Shown one piece after another: positions 28,589-41,947 of a stretch of DNA of 64,000 nucleotides. Under the pieces are notes generated by a model that saw only the letters and a program-made list of their open reading frames with translations, was not told the DNA's origin and did not search any database. Location: positions 4,154,001 through 4,218,000 of the forward strand of contig NW_025766002.1 in the NCBI RefSeq assembly GCF_003918875.1, read 5' to 3'. Both the position numbers and the translations under genes were made by a program. The DNA comes from Haliotis rubra (taxonomy: Eukaryota). Numbering within the stretch: the first letter of the stretch is position 1; every line of letters starts with the position of its first letter.

Positions 28589-31500
28589 ATGTCTTTGCTA
28601 ACTGTATCCACACTGACAGTTTGTATCTTATTGTCAAATGCACATCTCTCGTTCGGGACAACTGCCAAAGTGTTTACCCCTTCTGAAAAAGTTTCCGTAG
28701 CGGGTCAACAATTTAATCTTGACTGTTTGAAGAAGTGTGCTTGGTCTGATAGTTGTCTGGCCACCATCATGTCGGCGGAGAACAGAACGTGCAGTCTCAT
28801 AACGATGTCCAGGTTGCAGAACATGAACAGCTCCGATGTCACGTACAGACAGGTGGGTCACGGTTTGTGTAGTTTTAAGTGAGAGAGTGAGATTTGCGCC
28901 ACTTTTAGCAATATTCCAGCAATATTACGACAGGGGACACCAGAACTGGGCTTCACACATTGTACCCATGTGGGGATTCGAACCCGGGTTTCAGCGTGAC
29001 GAGCCAACGCTTTACCCACGAACCTCCCCCACCGCCTCTTCATCGTTCTGGAACTAGTTCGACCTGTCACGCCTCGGGGATAATGGCAGATGGATAACTA
29101 TAGGTATGCTTCAGTCAGGCACTAGCGTGACGTTGCTTGTCGATTCAACGCACCATTTTGTACGTTTTGAGCCAATCAAGCAAGTTATAGACCGCCCATT
29201 TAATTGCCGTCTACAACTAACGACCCGACGTCAAGACCGATGGATTCGAACCACTCACCTCCCACACAGGTTGCAGCCAGCCCCAGCCCGTAGCCTGGAC
29301 ACAGAGGTGTATCTGCGAGGACTGTTTGACGACTCCCAGTCCGACCGCCAATTCTGACATTCGGACATCGACATCAGCGTATCTCGTGGAACAAAGAACG
29401 CTTGTCATGGGGAGCACGCAATTGGAGAAGATACGTCACGTTGCCTTCATCACCGAGATCTAGGCGCCGGATGAACGTTACAACAGGCCATGTATTCAAG
29501 AAGAGGGTCGTTATGGAAGTGGAGGCGTTATGATCTGGGTTGGAATAACTTCCTCAGCAAGGGCGACAGTGAGAGTACTTGAGGGGAACTTGAATGGTGT
29601 GATGCACGGAGACGAGATTTTGCAAATGGCCGCTTTACCGTTTTTAGCAACAGAACGGAGTGACGTTTCAACACGATAACGCAGAGTATTGTAATCAGAA
29701 CAATGTTTATGTGTCGCCTATGCCCGTAATTTCCCTAATTCGTCACAAACTGAACATATATGGGGCGAAATGGAGCAACGTTTACGACGTCATCCCAATA
29801 CTCCCACACAGCTGCCCAAACCGCCAAATCAGCCCTGGGATATAGAATGATCTTCACCAGGACTCTCATCGACGTTTTACTGGCCCCATAATGACGGAGG
29901 CGCCATGCCTGTATCAATGAAAAATGTGCATATTCCAGGTGCTCTCTGCTTATAGGTTGTATGTCATTTCCATACCACCCGTGAAGGCCCGGGTTAGAAC
30001 TGATCCGGGCTAGTAACCAATGCTTGTCGTAAGAGGCGACTAACGGAATCGGGTGATCAAGCTCGCTGACTTGGTGGACGGTTCCTCGGTTCCTAATTGC
30101 GCAGATCGATGCTCATGGTCCAGACTCGATTATTTATAGACCGCCGCCATATAGCTGGAATATTGCTGAGTGTGGCGTAAAACTAAATTCACTCATTCAC
30201 TCATTACCATACCTTGAAATATTTGTCATTTCTATGTTAATTCGTGGCAGTAAACGTTTAACTCTGGTTCTCTTCTCTTCTGATTCTGTGTCCAACATTG
30301 TTTTAAGACAAAAGTTCCACTTTTCAGACGTACCCTTCCCCGTGTAAAAATGGCGGCTACTGGTTAAATTCAACAATGGAGTATTGCGTTTGTTTTGGCA
30401 GCTTTGCTGGAAGGTACTGCCAGCGGTATTGGTATGGTGAGTATTGATGTTAATGCTTTATGTTTGCTTTTCATAAACAAAACGGATACCCAGAAGGAAT
30501 GGAGAAAGTAAATGAAGACTATAATACTAGTAAGTACCGGAGTTGGGATTCCCACCTCCACCGTTTCCATGTGGTTATATACCTGTAATATACAAAATAA
30601 TGACAAGTGGACACAATTGTCACGAGGAGAATTATTTTCGCAATAAAAGAATATCAAGGTAGTATTTTACGTCTTGAATCGTGAAACAAGGTCCAGAATT
30701 GTGCGCAATCGGCACTACTTTTGGCGCCAGTGTGTAGTCTCGATTGTACTGTCCAGTGACCCTCCATGGGAATTATGCAGTGGGCAGTGGCTTTCTGGCA
30801 GTCATAGTTATCCCGCCCCAAAATCTGTTGCCTAAACGGTGATGTTTGAATAGCGTTCATTATGATGCCCCCAGACACATCAAAAATGCTATTTGTGTTC
30901 CATTTCCTAAAGCGTGGTTTCTGATTATTCTATCTGGCGCTTATCATATGTGTATTCAGATGCCCTTTCTGTTCACATGTTGCATTAAGTAAAGTCAGAG
31001 TACATAAGTGTCAGTGGGTGAGTTTAGTTATAACGCTCCTTTTAGCAATATTCAAGCAATATCAAGACGGAGGACGCCAGCAATGGGCTGTATGCATTGT
31101 ACCCTTGTGTGGAATCGAACCCTGGTCTTAGGCGTGACAAGCGAACGCTTCAACCACTAAGCTACCGCCACGTTTTACTAAAGAAACAGGATTGATCACC
31201 CTGATACCCACGTGCACGGAGAAAATGGTTGACTTGAAATGTTTTAGATCTGTTGAGGCAGTGGGTTTTTTCCAAAACCATTGTATCATTGGCATTCCCT
31301 TTCTAAAGCTTATTGTTTTTCTGAACATAGCAGTTGTGTTTTATGATCCCATTTGCTTGTGATTTATATGCCAATGTGTGAATGTCTGTATGATTAACTG
31401 TTACAAAACATAACGTAACAGTCCACTTGTATAGCGCTAACACCATGCTCAATTCATGCTTTATGCGCACAGTTGGTAGAAGATACAGAGAAGATAAGCT

Positions 31501-32779
31501 TGTCTGAAGAGATACGTTTTAATGCTTGTTTTGAAGGTTGATAGTGATTCTGAAAGATTCTGTTACAGATGGTATGGTGTATGTACTTAATTTTATGATA
31601 AAAAAATTTGAACTGAACGTACATTTTGCACATCTTTACATTATTTCACTATAATGAAAAAAAAAGATAAATAAATATGAACTACAGTTTGTTCAGCTTA
31701 ACCTGATAAAGTGAATACTAATGCATTGCGTGACCGAGTCACAAGTGGTTGGGTCTATTATTGTGAAGGGGTGCACCTTTGTCAGTTGACTGTCAACATG
31801 TCCGAACAGCCGAGACAAGGTCGCCGTTTAACATCTCAGTATCGAGAAGTTGTGAGCAATGTCCTAATTTCTTTAAACAGAAGCTACAGATGGCTTAATG
31901 TTTCCGATTCGAGCTTTCAGGCAGCGAGCAGCAACATTGATAACATTCTCTGCTCCCCTAGTTAATGAAGTTAACTCGACCTGCCGTTTGTGTCATTTGA
32001 CCTCCCGGGTCATGCATATGTAGAGTAGCTCAGGTCAAGCTGAACAAGCTGTAATAGTCGTTCATCTTGAGGTTCTTCAGGATGTTTCCCCTAATACTGG
32101 ATGTCTCAATAACACCGTTTCATTATCAGATTGTAGCGAGGGATTCAGGACTGGAGCAACAGGCAAGGGTGTCTTCACTATTGAACCTGATTCCTCTTCC
32201 TCGCCTTTCCAAGTTTACTGTGATTTGCGGTTTGGAGGAAGAACCTACATTCAGAGGCAGGACTATGGCATCAACTTTAATAGGACTTGGCGAGACTATC
32301 GAGAAGGCTTTGGGAATGTCACAGGTGATCACTGGCTTGGTTTTGAGAAAATTAGAGCGATGAATGACAGGGCGATATGTCAGTTTGTAATTCGTCTCAC
32401 TTACAACCCGAGATGCTGCCCGACATATAGACAAGCTAACTTTAAACACTTCAAGCTAACTGATGAAGATGATGGATACAGATTGACATTTGACAGTCTA
32501 ACTGCAGGACAATCCAGTAAAAATCGGCTCACTGACATGTTAACAGAAGTGAAGGGTGCTAAATTCAGCACTTATGACAGAGACAATGATGATAATCCAA
32601 CCGGAAGCTGTTCACAAATTCACGGAGCTGGATGGTGGTTCAAGAACTGTACACGTTGCAACCCCAATGGCCGATTGAATCCAGATGCAGTCAATGTCAG
32701 TGCCGATCCTGAAGAAGTGTTCTGGGACGGAGATCCACGACGGGTTTCTGGGGTGCACACTGCGTTACAGTGCAAGTAA
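28589..32779 (+). CDS. Secreted fibrinogen-related protein: signal peptide + PAN/apple-like + EGF-like + fibrinogen C-terminal (FReD) domain, ~340 aa
   Basis: Exon 1 28589-28852: hydrophobic N-terminus, CLKKCAWSDSC...C, phase 0 donor. Exon 2 30328-30436: TYPSPCKNGG...CVCFGSFAGRYC, phase 0 to 1. Exon 3 32130-32779: DCSE...FQVYCD, FNRTWRDYREGFG, HWLGFEKI, FSTYDRDND, GWWFKNC. Total 1023 nt, in frame. AATAAA at 33078. Confidence 0.88.
28878..29036 (-). mobile_element. SINE family 1 in FReD intron 1
   Basis: Reverse-complement match. Confidence 0.8.
29070..29920 (+). mobile_element. Tc1/mariner transposase remnant in intron 1 of the FReD gene
   Basis: IGMLQSG, DRP...TTRRQDRWIR, RYGSGGVMIWVGIT, EGNLNG..DEIL, TFQHDNA and a RRRHACI-like C-terminus, spread across frameshifted frames. 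Confidence 0.75.
29976..30203 (+). mobile_element. SINE family 2 in FReD intron 1
   Basis: Near full length with (CACT/CATT)n tail. Confidence 0.82.
31010..31170 (-). mobile_element. SINE family 1, diverged, in FReD intron 2
   Basis: Reverse-complement match. Confidence 0.7.
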
Positions 32780-33170
32780 CACCTGAAGAATACCTCTTTC
32801 GGTCACGCATATGGGCGCAAATTCTTTTATCCTGGATTCTTTGTGATAAGGAGGTGTATTGGTTTGTTTTACAACATTTATCAGCGATGTGTTCAGTAGC
32901 TGGAGATAAGTCTACTGTTGTGTTTAGAGATTTAGGAATTATAATGGCAGATTTAACGCCTGTTCGACACACGCGTTTGAAACTAGAACAAACACCCCAT
33001 CCCCTCACCCCATTGACTTGCACCTGCTAATTTAATCTATCGTCTTTGTCAACATGTCTAAGTATACATACAATGGGAATAAAGGGTGAATTCGCAAAAG
33101 GGTGTGGTCTTTTCGTGAACTGGTTTCGTTCAGTAAGAAAGCGTGGAATTCAGTTAAACACTCAAAGAAC

Positions 33171-33440
33171 CAGGGCCCCGTTTCACAAAACTATCGTTGC
33201 GCTACGACTATCGTAGGTCAATGTTACAGTATAGGAGGTAGGAATGCTACGAGAAAAGTTACGAGATCTTAGACTTACGAGTGCTTTGCGAAACGGGGCC
33301 CTGACAAGGCTTTCGTAGCGTTACGACTGTCGTACCCCCTATACTTCAACAAAGACTTACGACAGTCGTAGCGCTACGACAGCTTCGTGAAACGAGATCT
33401 TTGTCAGATCGTTTAGCTGGTCATGACAGGGGCCCCTGAT
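33171..33440. mobile_element. MITE(s), PIF/Harbinger-like
   Basis: TIR GGCCCCGTTTC 33174-33300 flanked by CAG/CTG, followed by a second related hairpin 33310-33395. Confidence 0.6.
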
Positions 33441-33499
33441 ATAAATATTTGCTTGCTCATGAAGCTTCCCATATGTCTGGGAAATGTCCAATCATGGAA

Positions 33500-33735
33500 A
33501 CCCGTGAAGATCCGGTTAGCATATTGATCTTCTGTAACCCATGCTTGTCGTGAGAGGCGACTAACGGGATCGGGTGGTCAGGCTCGCTGATTTGGTTGAC
33601 ACATGTCATCGGTTCCCAATTACGTAGATCGATGCTGTTGATCACTGGATTGTCTGGTCCAGACTCGATTATTTACAGACCGCCGCCATATAGCTGGAAT
33701 ATTGCTGAGTGCGGCGTAAAACTCAACTTACTCAC
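33500..33735 (+). mobile_element. SINE family 2
   Basis: 13-bp TSD TCCAATCATGGAA. Confidence 0.87.
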
Positions 33736-34743
33736 TCCAATCATGGAATATCAACCACATACCCAACTGATATCATTCCGTCAATCCGGAACCCAACAAG
33801 TGGAGATTTGGATTTAGCGCAGCTTTAAACCATATTTCAGCAGTAATGTCACAGCGATAGTTTCATGACAACGGTTGTCTGAATGAACATTCACTTCCAA
33901 ACTCAACTTTACACATACCGGATAGGCATGAACTAGGGACTAGAATCATCCACATTCCATAAATTATACTCCAATTTTTAATCTTCAACTAGCCAGCCAC
34001 CAACGGAAAGCTGTGAAACTCCTAATCCTCTCAGAGACAAAAGAGACAAAATCAGGACACCCTACTCTGGTTCCGGATTAACCCTGAGCAAGCTTCAAAC
34101 TGTAATGAACAGTATTGCAGCAATAGCTTAAAACGTAACCCAACATACGTGTTCCACACGTCAGAATAACCATGTACAAAGGTCCCATTCCCACAATTGA
34201 CACAGGCCCGTGTATCATACCTAAGAGGGTGTGCCATGAATGACCAGTAAAACTACCCCCTATATTAAATCTCCCTCAAAATAATTTACTTGTGAATCTA
34301 ACGGGAACTAGGCAAGATTCGCAGGCAACAAAAGAATGCAGAAACGCGAGACACAAGACTAACAGAATGCTTGTTCTTCAAATAAGCACAATGAACTGAT
34401 ATAAACACCGACAATGACTGAGGGAGAGAAAGGCATTTGTTTGGGAAGATGGAAGTCTTCGGAGAATGCAGTTCTGAAGCAACAGAGTTTGAAACGCATC
34501 AAATCCTTGGCACAAAGTAAAGTAAATAATGAATCCGACTCGATTAAATTGTCTGATCGGAAACAAAGCGTCTGTACTTAATTAAGCTAGGTAAAATTAT
34601 TTATTTGTTTGAAACTTTGTGTGTGTTTGTTGCCCCACTCACCAATATTCTAGTTATATGGCGAGCGAGTTTCCCAAAGAAAATAAGAAAATGGAAGTTG
34701 CGTGTTACTATTGACGACACTTCAAGAATACAGATAAATATTA

Positions 34744-34912
34744 CTGACTGACTGACTGAGTTTAGTTTTACGCCGCTTTTAGCAATATTCCAGCAATATC
34801 ACAGCGGGGGACACCAGAAATGGGCTTAACACATTGTGCCCATGTGCGGAATCGAACCCGGGTCTTCGGCGTGACGAGCCAACGCTTTAACCACTAGGCT
34901 ACCCCACCGCCC
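34744..34912 (-). mobile_element. SINE family 1
   Basis: 13-bp TSD CAGATAAATATTA. Confidence 0.88.
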
Positions 34913-36167
34913 AGATAAATATTAACGTCAATATTCGTAGTTTATCTACTTATGTGATCGAAACTCGTCAAATGTTAAAACCGTACATCGCATTAACGTA
35001 TAAAAGGTAGCCTTTGTTTCTTTGACTAAATGTTAACAGCTTGGGAATCTGTGAATGCGAAGTTATCTCCCATAGACTAAAGCTTGGAATGCAGTACTGA
35101 GATGGACGCCACGAATCAATGTTTATCTTTCGATCGAAATCGAATGAAGCATCAGACTCGTGCAATTCAACTGATAAGTATCGATTGGATTGTCTTGAAT
35201 GTATATGTGTTACAGTCAGACTGTGTTATCAGTCATTTCGTGAAACAACTGAAACTTTCAGTCGATTCGGGGAATGACTGTTTTGGTAAATCAGTTCATG
35301 AAATGACTGAAATTTGGCCCTGTGAGTTACACTATCTGACTGAAATGGTTGTTCGTTGGTGATACTTCATATATGATTTTGTGTAGGTTTTTTGTTTTGT
35401 TTTTTGTTGTTGTTGTTTTTGTTTTGTTTGGACAAGGTAGTACCCGGATGTTCTCGTTCTGAGCATCAATCAAAAGGAGGGCGGGTATGGTCATATTGAT
35501 TGACGAATAAACCTGTGACTATCACAATGCATCCCTATACATTCAACCCGGGGAAAAAAACATGTTTGGTGTGCCAGAATCTGATTGAAGCGGTTACTGT
35601 GCGACACTGGGTTATCTCCCTTGAACCGCTTGGAGAATTCGCGGTTAATAAAGCCAGATTGCAATAACATAATGATAAACGAAACTCTTCGTTTGTTCTT
35701 ATGAATTAAATATTTAATGTGTGGAAATTCATTGTTCAAACTTGATAATTAGAGGGTATGGCAAATTTCAATGTCATTCATATAGTTTATCTGCCTATCT
35801 GGACAATATTTTACAATCTGTGTATTGATTACTACATACAATACTACATGAATTAAAATAATTACTTGTATCACCTGTAGTTTGAGGACTTTGATTTCTT
35901 ATCAACAAGATTCCATACATTTACGATAACAGCAGAGTAAGTCACTGCACAACATCGTTCACTGAAGGGAACAATCAAATATGGTTCTGTTGCTAAACAC
36001 GCGACATTAAGAAACGCTTCCAAATGCCGTGTGAGAACTACAGGACGTGTTCGAGCGATATAATTTAAGAAGCTATGAACGGCTTTCGCGAAGGTTGGCA
36101 TAGAACCCAGTTTATGAGTTTCAACTACACTTAGATTATTGGGTAGTGGTTTGATACTGGTATGTGT

Positions 36168-36333
36168 GGGGCGGTGGGGTAGCCTAGTGGTTAAAGCACT
36201 CGCTGGTCACGCCGAAGGCCCGGGTTCGATTCCCCACATGTGTACAATGTGTGACACTCATTTCTGGTGTCCTCCGCCGTGATATTGCTGGAATATTGCT
36301 ACAAGCGTAAAACTGAACTCACTCACTCACTCA
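36168..36333 (+). mobile_element. SINE family 1
   Basis: TSD ACTGGTATGTGTG. Confidence 0.85.
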
Positions 36334-36416
36334 CTGGTATGTGTGTGTGCGTGTCACCGTGTGTGAGAGATGGACACACACATACCACGAGACAGAGAGA
36401 AACAAGGGACAGTGAG

Positions 36417-36641
36417 NNNNNNNNNNNNNNNNNNNNNNNNNNNNNNNNNNNNNNNNNNNNNNNNNNNNNNNNNNNNNNNNNNNNNNNNNNNNNNNNNNNN
36501 NNNNNNNNNNNNNNNNNNNNNNNNNNNNNNNNNNNNNNNNNNNNNNNNNNNNNNNNNNNNNNNNNNNNNNNNNNNNNNNNNNNNNNNNNNNNNNNNNNNN
36601 NNNNNNNNNNNNNNNNNNNNNNNNNNNNNNNNNNNNNNNNN
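36417..36641. other. Assembly gap
   Basis: Run of N, flanked by (GA)-rich sequence. Confidence 1.
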
Positions 36642-37853
36642 TTTAAGAGAGACGCAGCTTCAGGGTGAGAGAGAGCGTTTGCCTTCATGTCAGTATTTGG
36701 AGTATATCTATATTCACAAGTTTTATATCAATCAAGTTCAAAATACACATTTAGAATGACAGCCATACAACAACCGATATTTGCATGACAGTTTCCCGAA
36801 TAATTGTTTGGTTGGATAATGTGATCACTGTCGACCACGACAATCCATGACGTCTAACAGGAAGAGTGAATGCCAAGGCAACAAATTCATATGGTTGGCT
36901 GAAAGGAAGTAAATTAACTACATTTCTGTCTGAATGTTATCTGACTTTGCACACCACGTGCCAGCTGTTGTAGAAATGATTGGACGAAGAATGTCATGTA
37001 CTAGAATGTTCCTCAGCATCCCCTTTCGGAAATGCCTCTGCTTTGGATTGGGAGTGCGTTTTGTTTCTGCTTATTTTAGTGACAGATAATATGAGACTGA
37101 TAGCCAAAATGCAACAGCAAAACAGTTCAATAACGACCAGTCGAGTATATCTGGGTCATCACCCCGTCCCTGACTGACTCTCGATGTGAGGGTACGCTTT
37201 CCACCCGACTGACAGTCCAGCAATAACGAAATTCAAGTACCGGTGTTACCCCAAAGGTGAAATTCTGTATTTTATTGTTGATGACAAATTCTGTGATGTT
37301 GTAGGTAATGGTTTGTATCTTGAAGAGATACTCGGGACTCTCAGGACTCACCGTGCTTGCTGTAGTTCAATGTACACGGATCAATGTCATGCATAGACAA
37401 GAAACAGAAGCCTTGAAATACGAACAAGAAACATAGAGATAATTATAAGAAAATCGACAGATACCCAAAACATAAGCGCACCACAAGTTCAAACTGGACA
37501 AATGTCAGCGAGTGCTCCTTGTCACCCCTAATCCTGTGTAAACACTGACTGGCTCGCTGAGGAAGATCATTTTTCCACCACGGGCCCTACAGTTCAGATT
37601 TATCACGGGACAGGGGCATGTAATATAACAAAGAAATAAAACGATTACCGTTTGTCTTACAAACATTGTAATTAAACAAAGCATGGGATAGTGTATCTAA
37701 AACAATGCTTACCTGGCTTAAATGTAGTCTAAATGCAGTACTGTACAAAGCTCTGCATTGGAAAAAAGAAAATAAATGAATTTCATTTCAGTGGTCATTA
37801 ATATTGTTCATTGTTGATTTTCAAAATCAGTCATATTATTCCATAGATTAAAA

Positions 37854-39190
37854 ATGGCTGTAGTTCTTCCTGGTGGACTTATGGAGATTGTCTTCTCCTT
37901 CGACACAACCGGTTCCATGAACGCCTGTCTGACCGAAATTAGAGGTCGACTCCAGGACATAATACAGCGACTCCAGGCTGACATCCCCGCCATCAGAATG
38001 GCCGTCTTCGCCCACGGTGACTACTGTACCAAATCATCATATGTCACAAAATGGATCGACTTCTCCACTGACGTCAAGAAACTCTGCGACTTCGTCATGA
38101 ACGTCAAAGGTACCGGGGGCACTGATGATGGCGGCGAGTGTTACGAGCTTGTTCTCAGACAGGTTGGGGAAAATTTGTCATGGACACCAGGATCCAACCG
38201 AGCCCTGGTCCTTGTCGGGGACGACAACCCCCATGAACCAAATTTCAGAGCTAATAAACGAAAGATAGACTGGAGAGAGGAGATTCGAACTCTCCACACA
38301 ATGGTAAGTAGATTTTTTCCCAATTGTTTCAAACATCATAATCGTATTCATATAGCACATGAAGAGTATTGTATGCCCGATATATTCACAAATCTTTATT
38401 TCCAGGGAATAAAGATTTACGGAGTCGAGTGTGATAACTGGGCTACGATATTCTACCGGACTATTTCCAAAGAGACAGAATGTCGACATCTTAAAATCGA
38501 AAACTTTACTGATATATTTGACTTCCTCATGGCCATCTGCGACAGGGAACATGGAGCAGAAATCTTTCATGTAAGTTGAACAAATTTCTCTTTTCTTTCA
38601 TATCTGCCGCTGTATCCTAATTTCAATAAAGGCCTCTATGGTTTGTAATTTCCCTTGGTTTGGCTCTAACAGCAATGTTTGGTTTATCTGTGCAGTAAGC
38701 ACAGAAATGGAAGTAATGTTTGCATCACTACGGGATGGAGTATCCTCCCCTCCCCTGCCAAAGACGAAGACGTCAGCTGGCGTTCCTGAGAAAGATGAGA
38801 CAGCACCAGTCTTAAAGACGACGACATCCATGCAAGGAGTCAAACAGGCCAGGAAGAATGCTACTGTTGCTGTCAAGGAAAAGTTGAAGGTTCCCCGTTT
38901 GAAGAAAACAGCATCCAGTCGAGGGGTCCAAAAGTCTAAACGTAGGTCAACCAGAACACCGAGAACCAAATCACTGAAGGTGAAGGGAAAATAACATTTT
39001 CAGTTGTTCGTATTTTGATGCTTGATTGAAAATTTGACTGTTTATATGATTTCTTTACATTTGTAATTCCAGAAATAAAATATATTGTGACCCTCTCCTG
39101 AGAAGAGAGGAAGGCTGTGAGAAAGACTTCTGCTTCAGAAACATGAACCGGTCACCTTGGTTCAGAGTTGCCTCCCCTAAAGTTCCCATA
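37854..39190 (+). pseudogene. vWA-GIY-YIG family copy A, probable pseudogene (vWA exons intact, 3' part broken)
   Basis: Exons 37854-38303 and 38406-38570 are intact vWA. Exon 3 (~38698-38979) lacks its VYEKEVR start and I found no in-frame acceptor nearby. Exon 4 at 39073 begins AAA TAA, carries indels and is cut at ~39190 by a LINE fragment. It could still yield a vWA-only product. Confidence 0.72.
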
Positions 39191-39550
39191 GTTGACATAG
39201 GTTAGAAATTGAAAAGACAAAATGTGTATCATTTCTTAATTATCTGTCCTGCCTTCATTGACTTAAGATGTAATTATCAGTTACTGCAATCCTATGTATT
39301 TCCCAACATATTAAATTTAAATCTTTGTTATGATTCCAAAAATGTAGATATTTCCTTGAATACTGCAAAATATGTGTCTCGTGCATTAGAAACAAGGAAA
39401 ATAATTTGTCACATTAAGATTATATATGCTGTGCATGCTTCCATTGTTATCTTTATATTTCATGTCTGTACCGATGAGGTGGTTTTTTTGTACACATAGG
39501 CCTATGGCCTCACAGTACTGGAATTAAAGATAAGATTTGATTTGATTTGA
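39190..39550 (+). mobile_element. LINE 3' end fragment inserted into exon 4 of copy A
   Basis: HFLIICPAFIDLR...AKYVSRALETRK, a GGCCTATGGCC hairpin and a (GATTT)n tail at 39534-39550. Confidence 0.65.
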
Positions 39551-40384
39551 CTTCCAAGTCCTATGATTATGCTTGAGTTGTCTCTGATAACGCTCCCATG
39601 CTTGCCATGTGTACAATTATGCAGCTGAAGGAGAAATATAAACACGGTATAGATTGTGCGCAAGAAGAAAATTACTTATTTCATGACACTAAATGAATCT
39701 GTAAGAATTCATCTCTATGTCCCTTGTCGGATGTTTCATGCAAACTTAAAGTTAAAGTTGACAGGGTTGGCTGCATGGCATTGTATCCCGATTTTGGCTC
39801 ATGCTGTCACTCACTAGTTTTATATGAAGGCTTTGAAGGTGAATTATTCATTACTGTGATTTTAAACATATATAATGCAGATATATGCACACTTAGACGT
39901 CTGTGAGGATATAGACATATACTGAGGCGAACAAATAAGGGAACAAATAATAGTACAAGTGTTCCTTTATCCTTTTCCAGGTTTCGCTGTAAGCTTTGTA
40001 TTGTGCACTGTTGGTGAAATTCTGATTATAAATAAAGGAACCATGCGATGAAGTGGTGTTCCCTTATTTGTTTCCTTCAGTATACTTGCGCATATCCACA
40101 TACACACAGGCTGATACACAAACACTGACAGACACTTTGGTCTACACATGTTAACTTCTTGCGTACATACACACATGCGCACAAACGACACACCAACCAA
40201 TTATCACACTGTGGTACACCCCCATGAATGTGGGCACTCTTGCCATCTGAATGGAAGTTCCAGACATACTGATGCATGCACATGCAATTGCACTAACATG
40301 CATTCGTAGTCCAGTGAATTGTTCGTCTGGCCAGAGAGTGGAAGGACTGTGGTTGGATAGTCACCGGTCATATACCCACATTCA

Positions 40385-40456
40385 AACACACGCGCACACT
40401 CACAGACACGCACACACACACACACACACGCACGCGCGCACGCACGCACGCACGCG
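40385..40456. repeat. (CA)n/(CACG)n microsatellite
   Basis: Read directly from the sequence. Confidence 0.85.
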
Positions 40457-40886
40457 TATCATGGAACGGTTTTTACACTTCACCTCACTGGTTCCCACAC
40501 TCAGTCTAAATTCATACCCAGACACACAAGCTACTACAAAAAGAGTGTTCTCGCTTTTACTTTCTTCCTTAAGCACGTTATTCATCACATATATTTTGCT
40601 ATGCATTCCTGGCAGTATTCAAGGGGAATTTGGTGTAATTATGTAAATACTTGTGTAAGGGTTGGCGGCATTGAAAACAATAACCTCACTTGATCTTTTG
40701 ATCTAAAGGGTTTCCACAGTGATATTACATCTGCATGTTGAAACAGTACGCGATGCTTGGCGCAAGTATCGGAAGGTTAAATCTGTGCACATTGTGCTTC
40801 ATGTAACAATGTTTAGTGAATACATAACATTGAGAAAGTATATTATCGTTGTTCCGACAATGCTTTAACCAACATTAGGAATATAA

Positions 40887-41918
40887 TCGACTGTACCTCA
40901 AACAATTATTTACTATCAGTGCGTTGTTACTGCACACGTTTTATTTATTAAACACACGTCTCAACAGGCCTGGCAATTCCTGGCAAGTGATCTCACCACA
41001 CAATCTGCTCTGAGGTAAATCACAATCTGAATATATTGCTTTTAAAAGTGTATATTTCCAACCATCTCCAGTCTAGCCATATTTTGATTCGCCCTGTTGA
41101 TCTGTAATATGATTGTGATAACTATCTCATAAATTAAAACAATTGAAGGGTGTGACAACCATTATTGGCATGAGTATATTTGGGAAATCATCAGTCATTG
41201 ATAGAAATAAAAATAACACATGTCATGTGACTAAAACATTCCAGCGCCTCACAGGCAGGTTGAGTTATCCGGGGTAATAATGTGCTGTCTGCGCTATGAG
41301 CATGCTGTCGGTGTGGATTTAGCGCAATATAAATGGACTGATGATTATTACGTTTGAATAAAAGAGACTAAACCCTTTCCACAGTCGTAAGAAATATCTG
41401 CTAAAAGCAGAGTCGATTGTACAATTGTGACTATGTCATGAGTATATATTGTTTCAGCAATATTACAGCTGTACGATGCTGTTTCTAAACAAATCGGGTC
41501 TGGACCAGACAATTGTCACCATGCGAAACGATGACAGAGCATGTATTTATGAATCACTATCAAATAGTAATGATACCTTTACTGAGGCCTTGAATGATGT
41601 AAACTTGATCAAACAACTTCTGAGCAAGAGTCCCATGACGCTCTTTGAAATCCTGATGAAAAGAGCACGCTCGACTGTACCTCAAACAATTATTTACTAT
41701 CAGTGCGTTGTTACTGCACACGTTTTATTTATTAAACACACGTCTCAACAGGCCTGGCAATTCCTGGCAAGTGATATCACCACACAATCTGCTCTGAGGT
41801 AAATCACAATCTGAATATATTGCTTTTAAAAGTGTATATTTCCAACCATCTCCAGTCTAGCCATATTTTGATTCGCCCTGTTGATCTGTAATATGATTGT
41901 GATAACTATCTCATAAAT
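40887..41918 (+). repeat. 248-bp direct repeat pair (40887-41134, 41671-41918)
   Basis: Near-identical (one substitution seen), 536-nt spacer. Confidence 0.9.
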
Positions 41919-41947
41919 GTACACATTCAACCTGAGACTATTTGTCC

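Noticed and set aside
29058-29103. Possible phase 0-to-1 middle exon for the FReD gene
   Set aside because: It is part of the Tc1 transposase remnant (IGMLQSG). 30328-30436 has better splice sites and encodes an EGF module.
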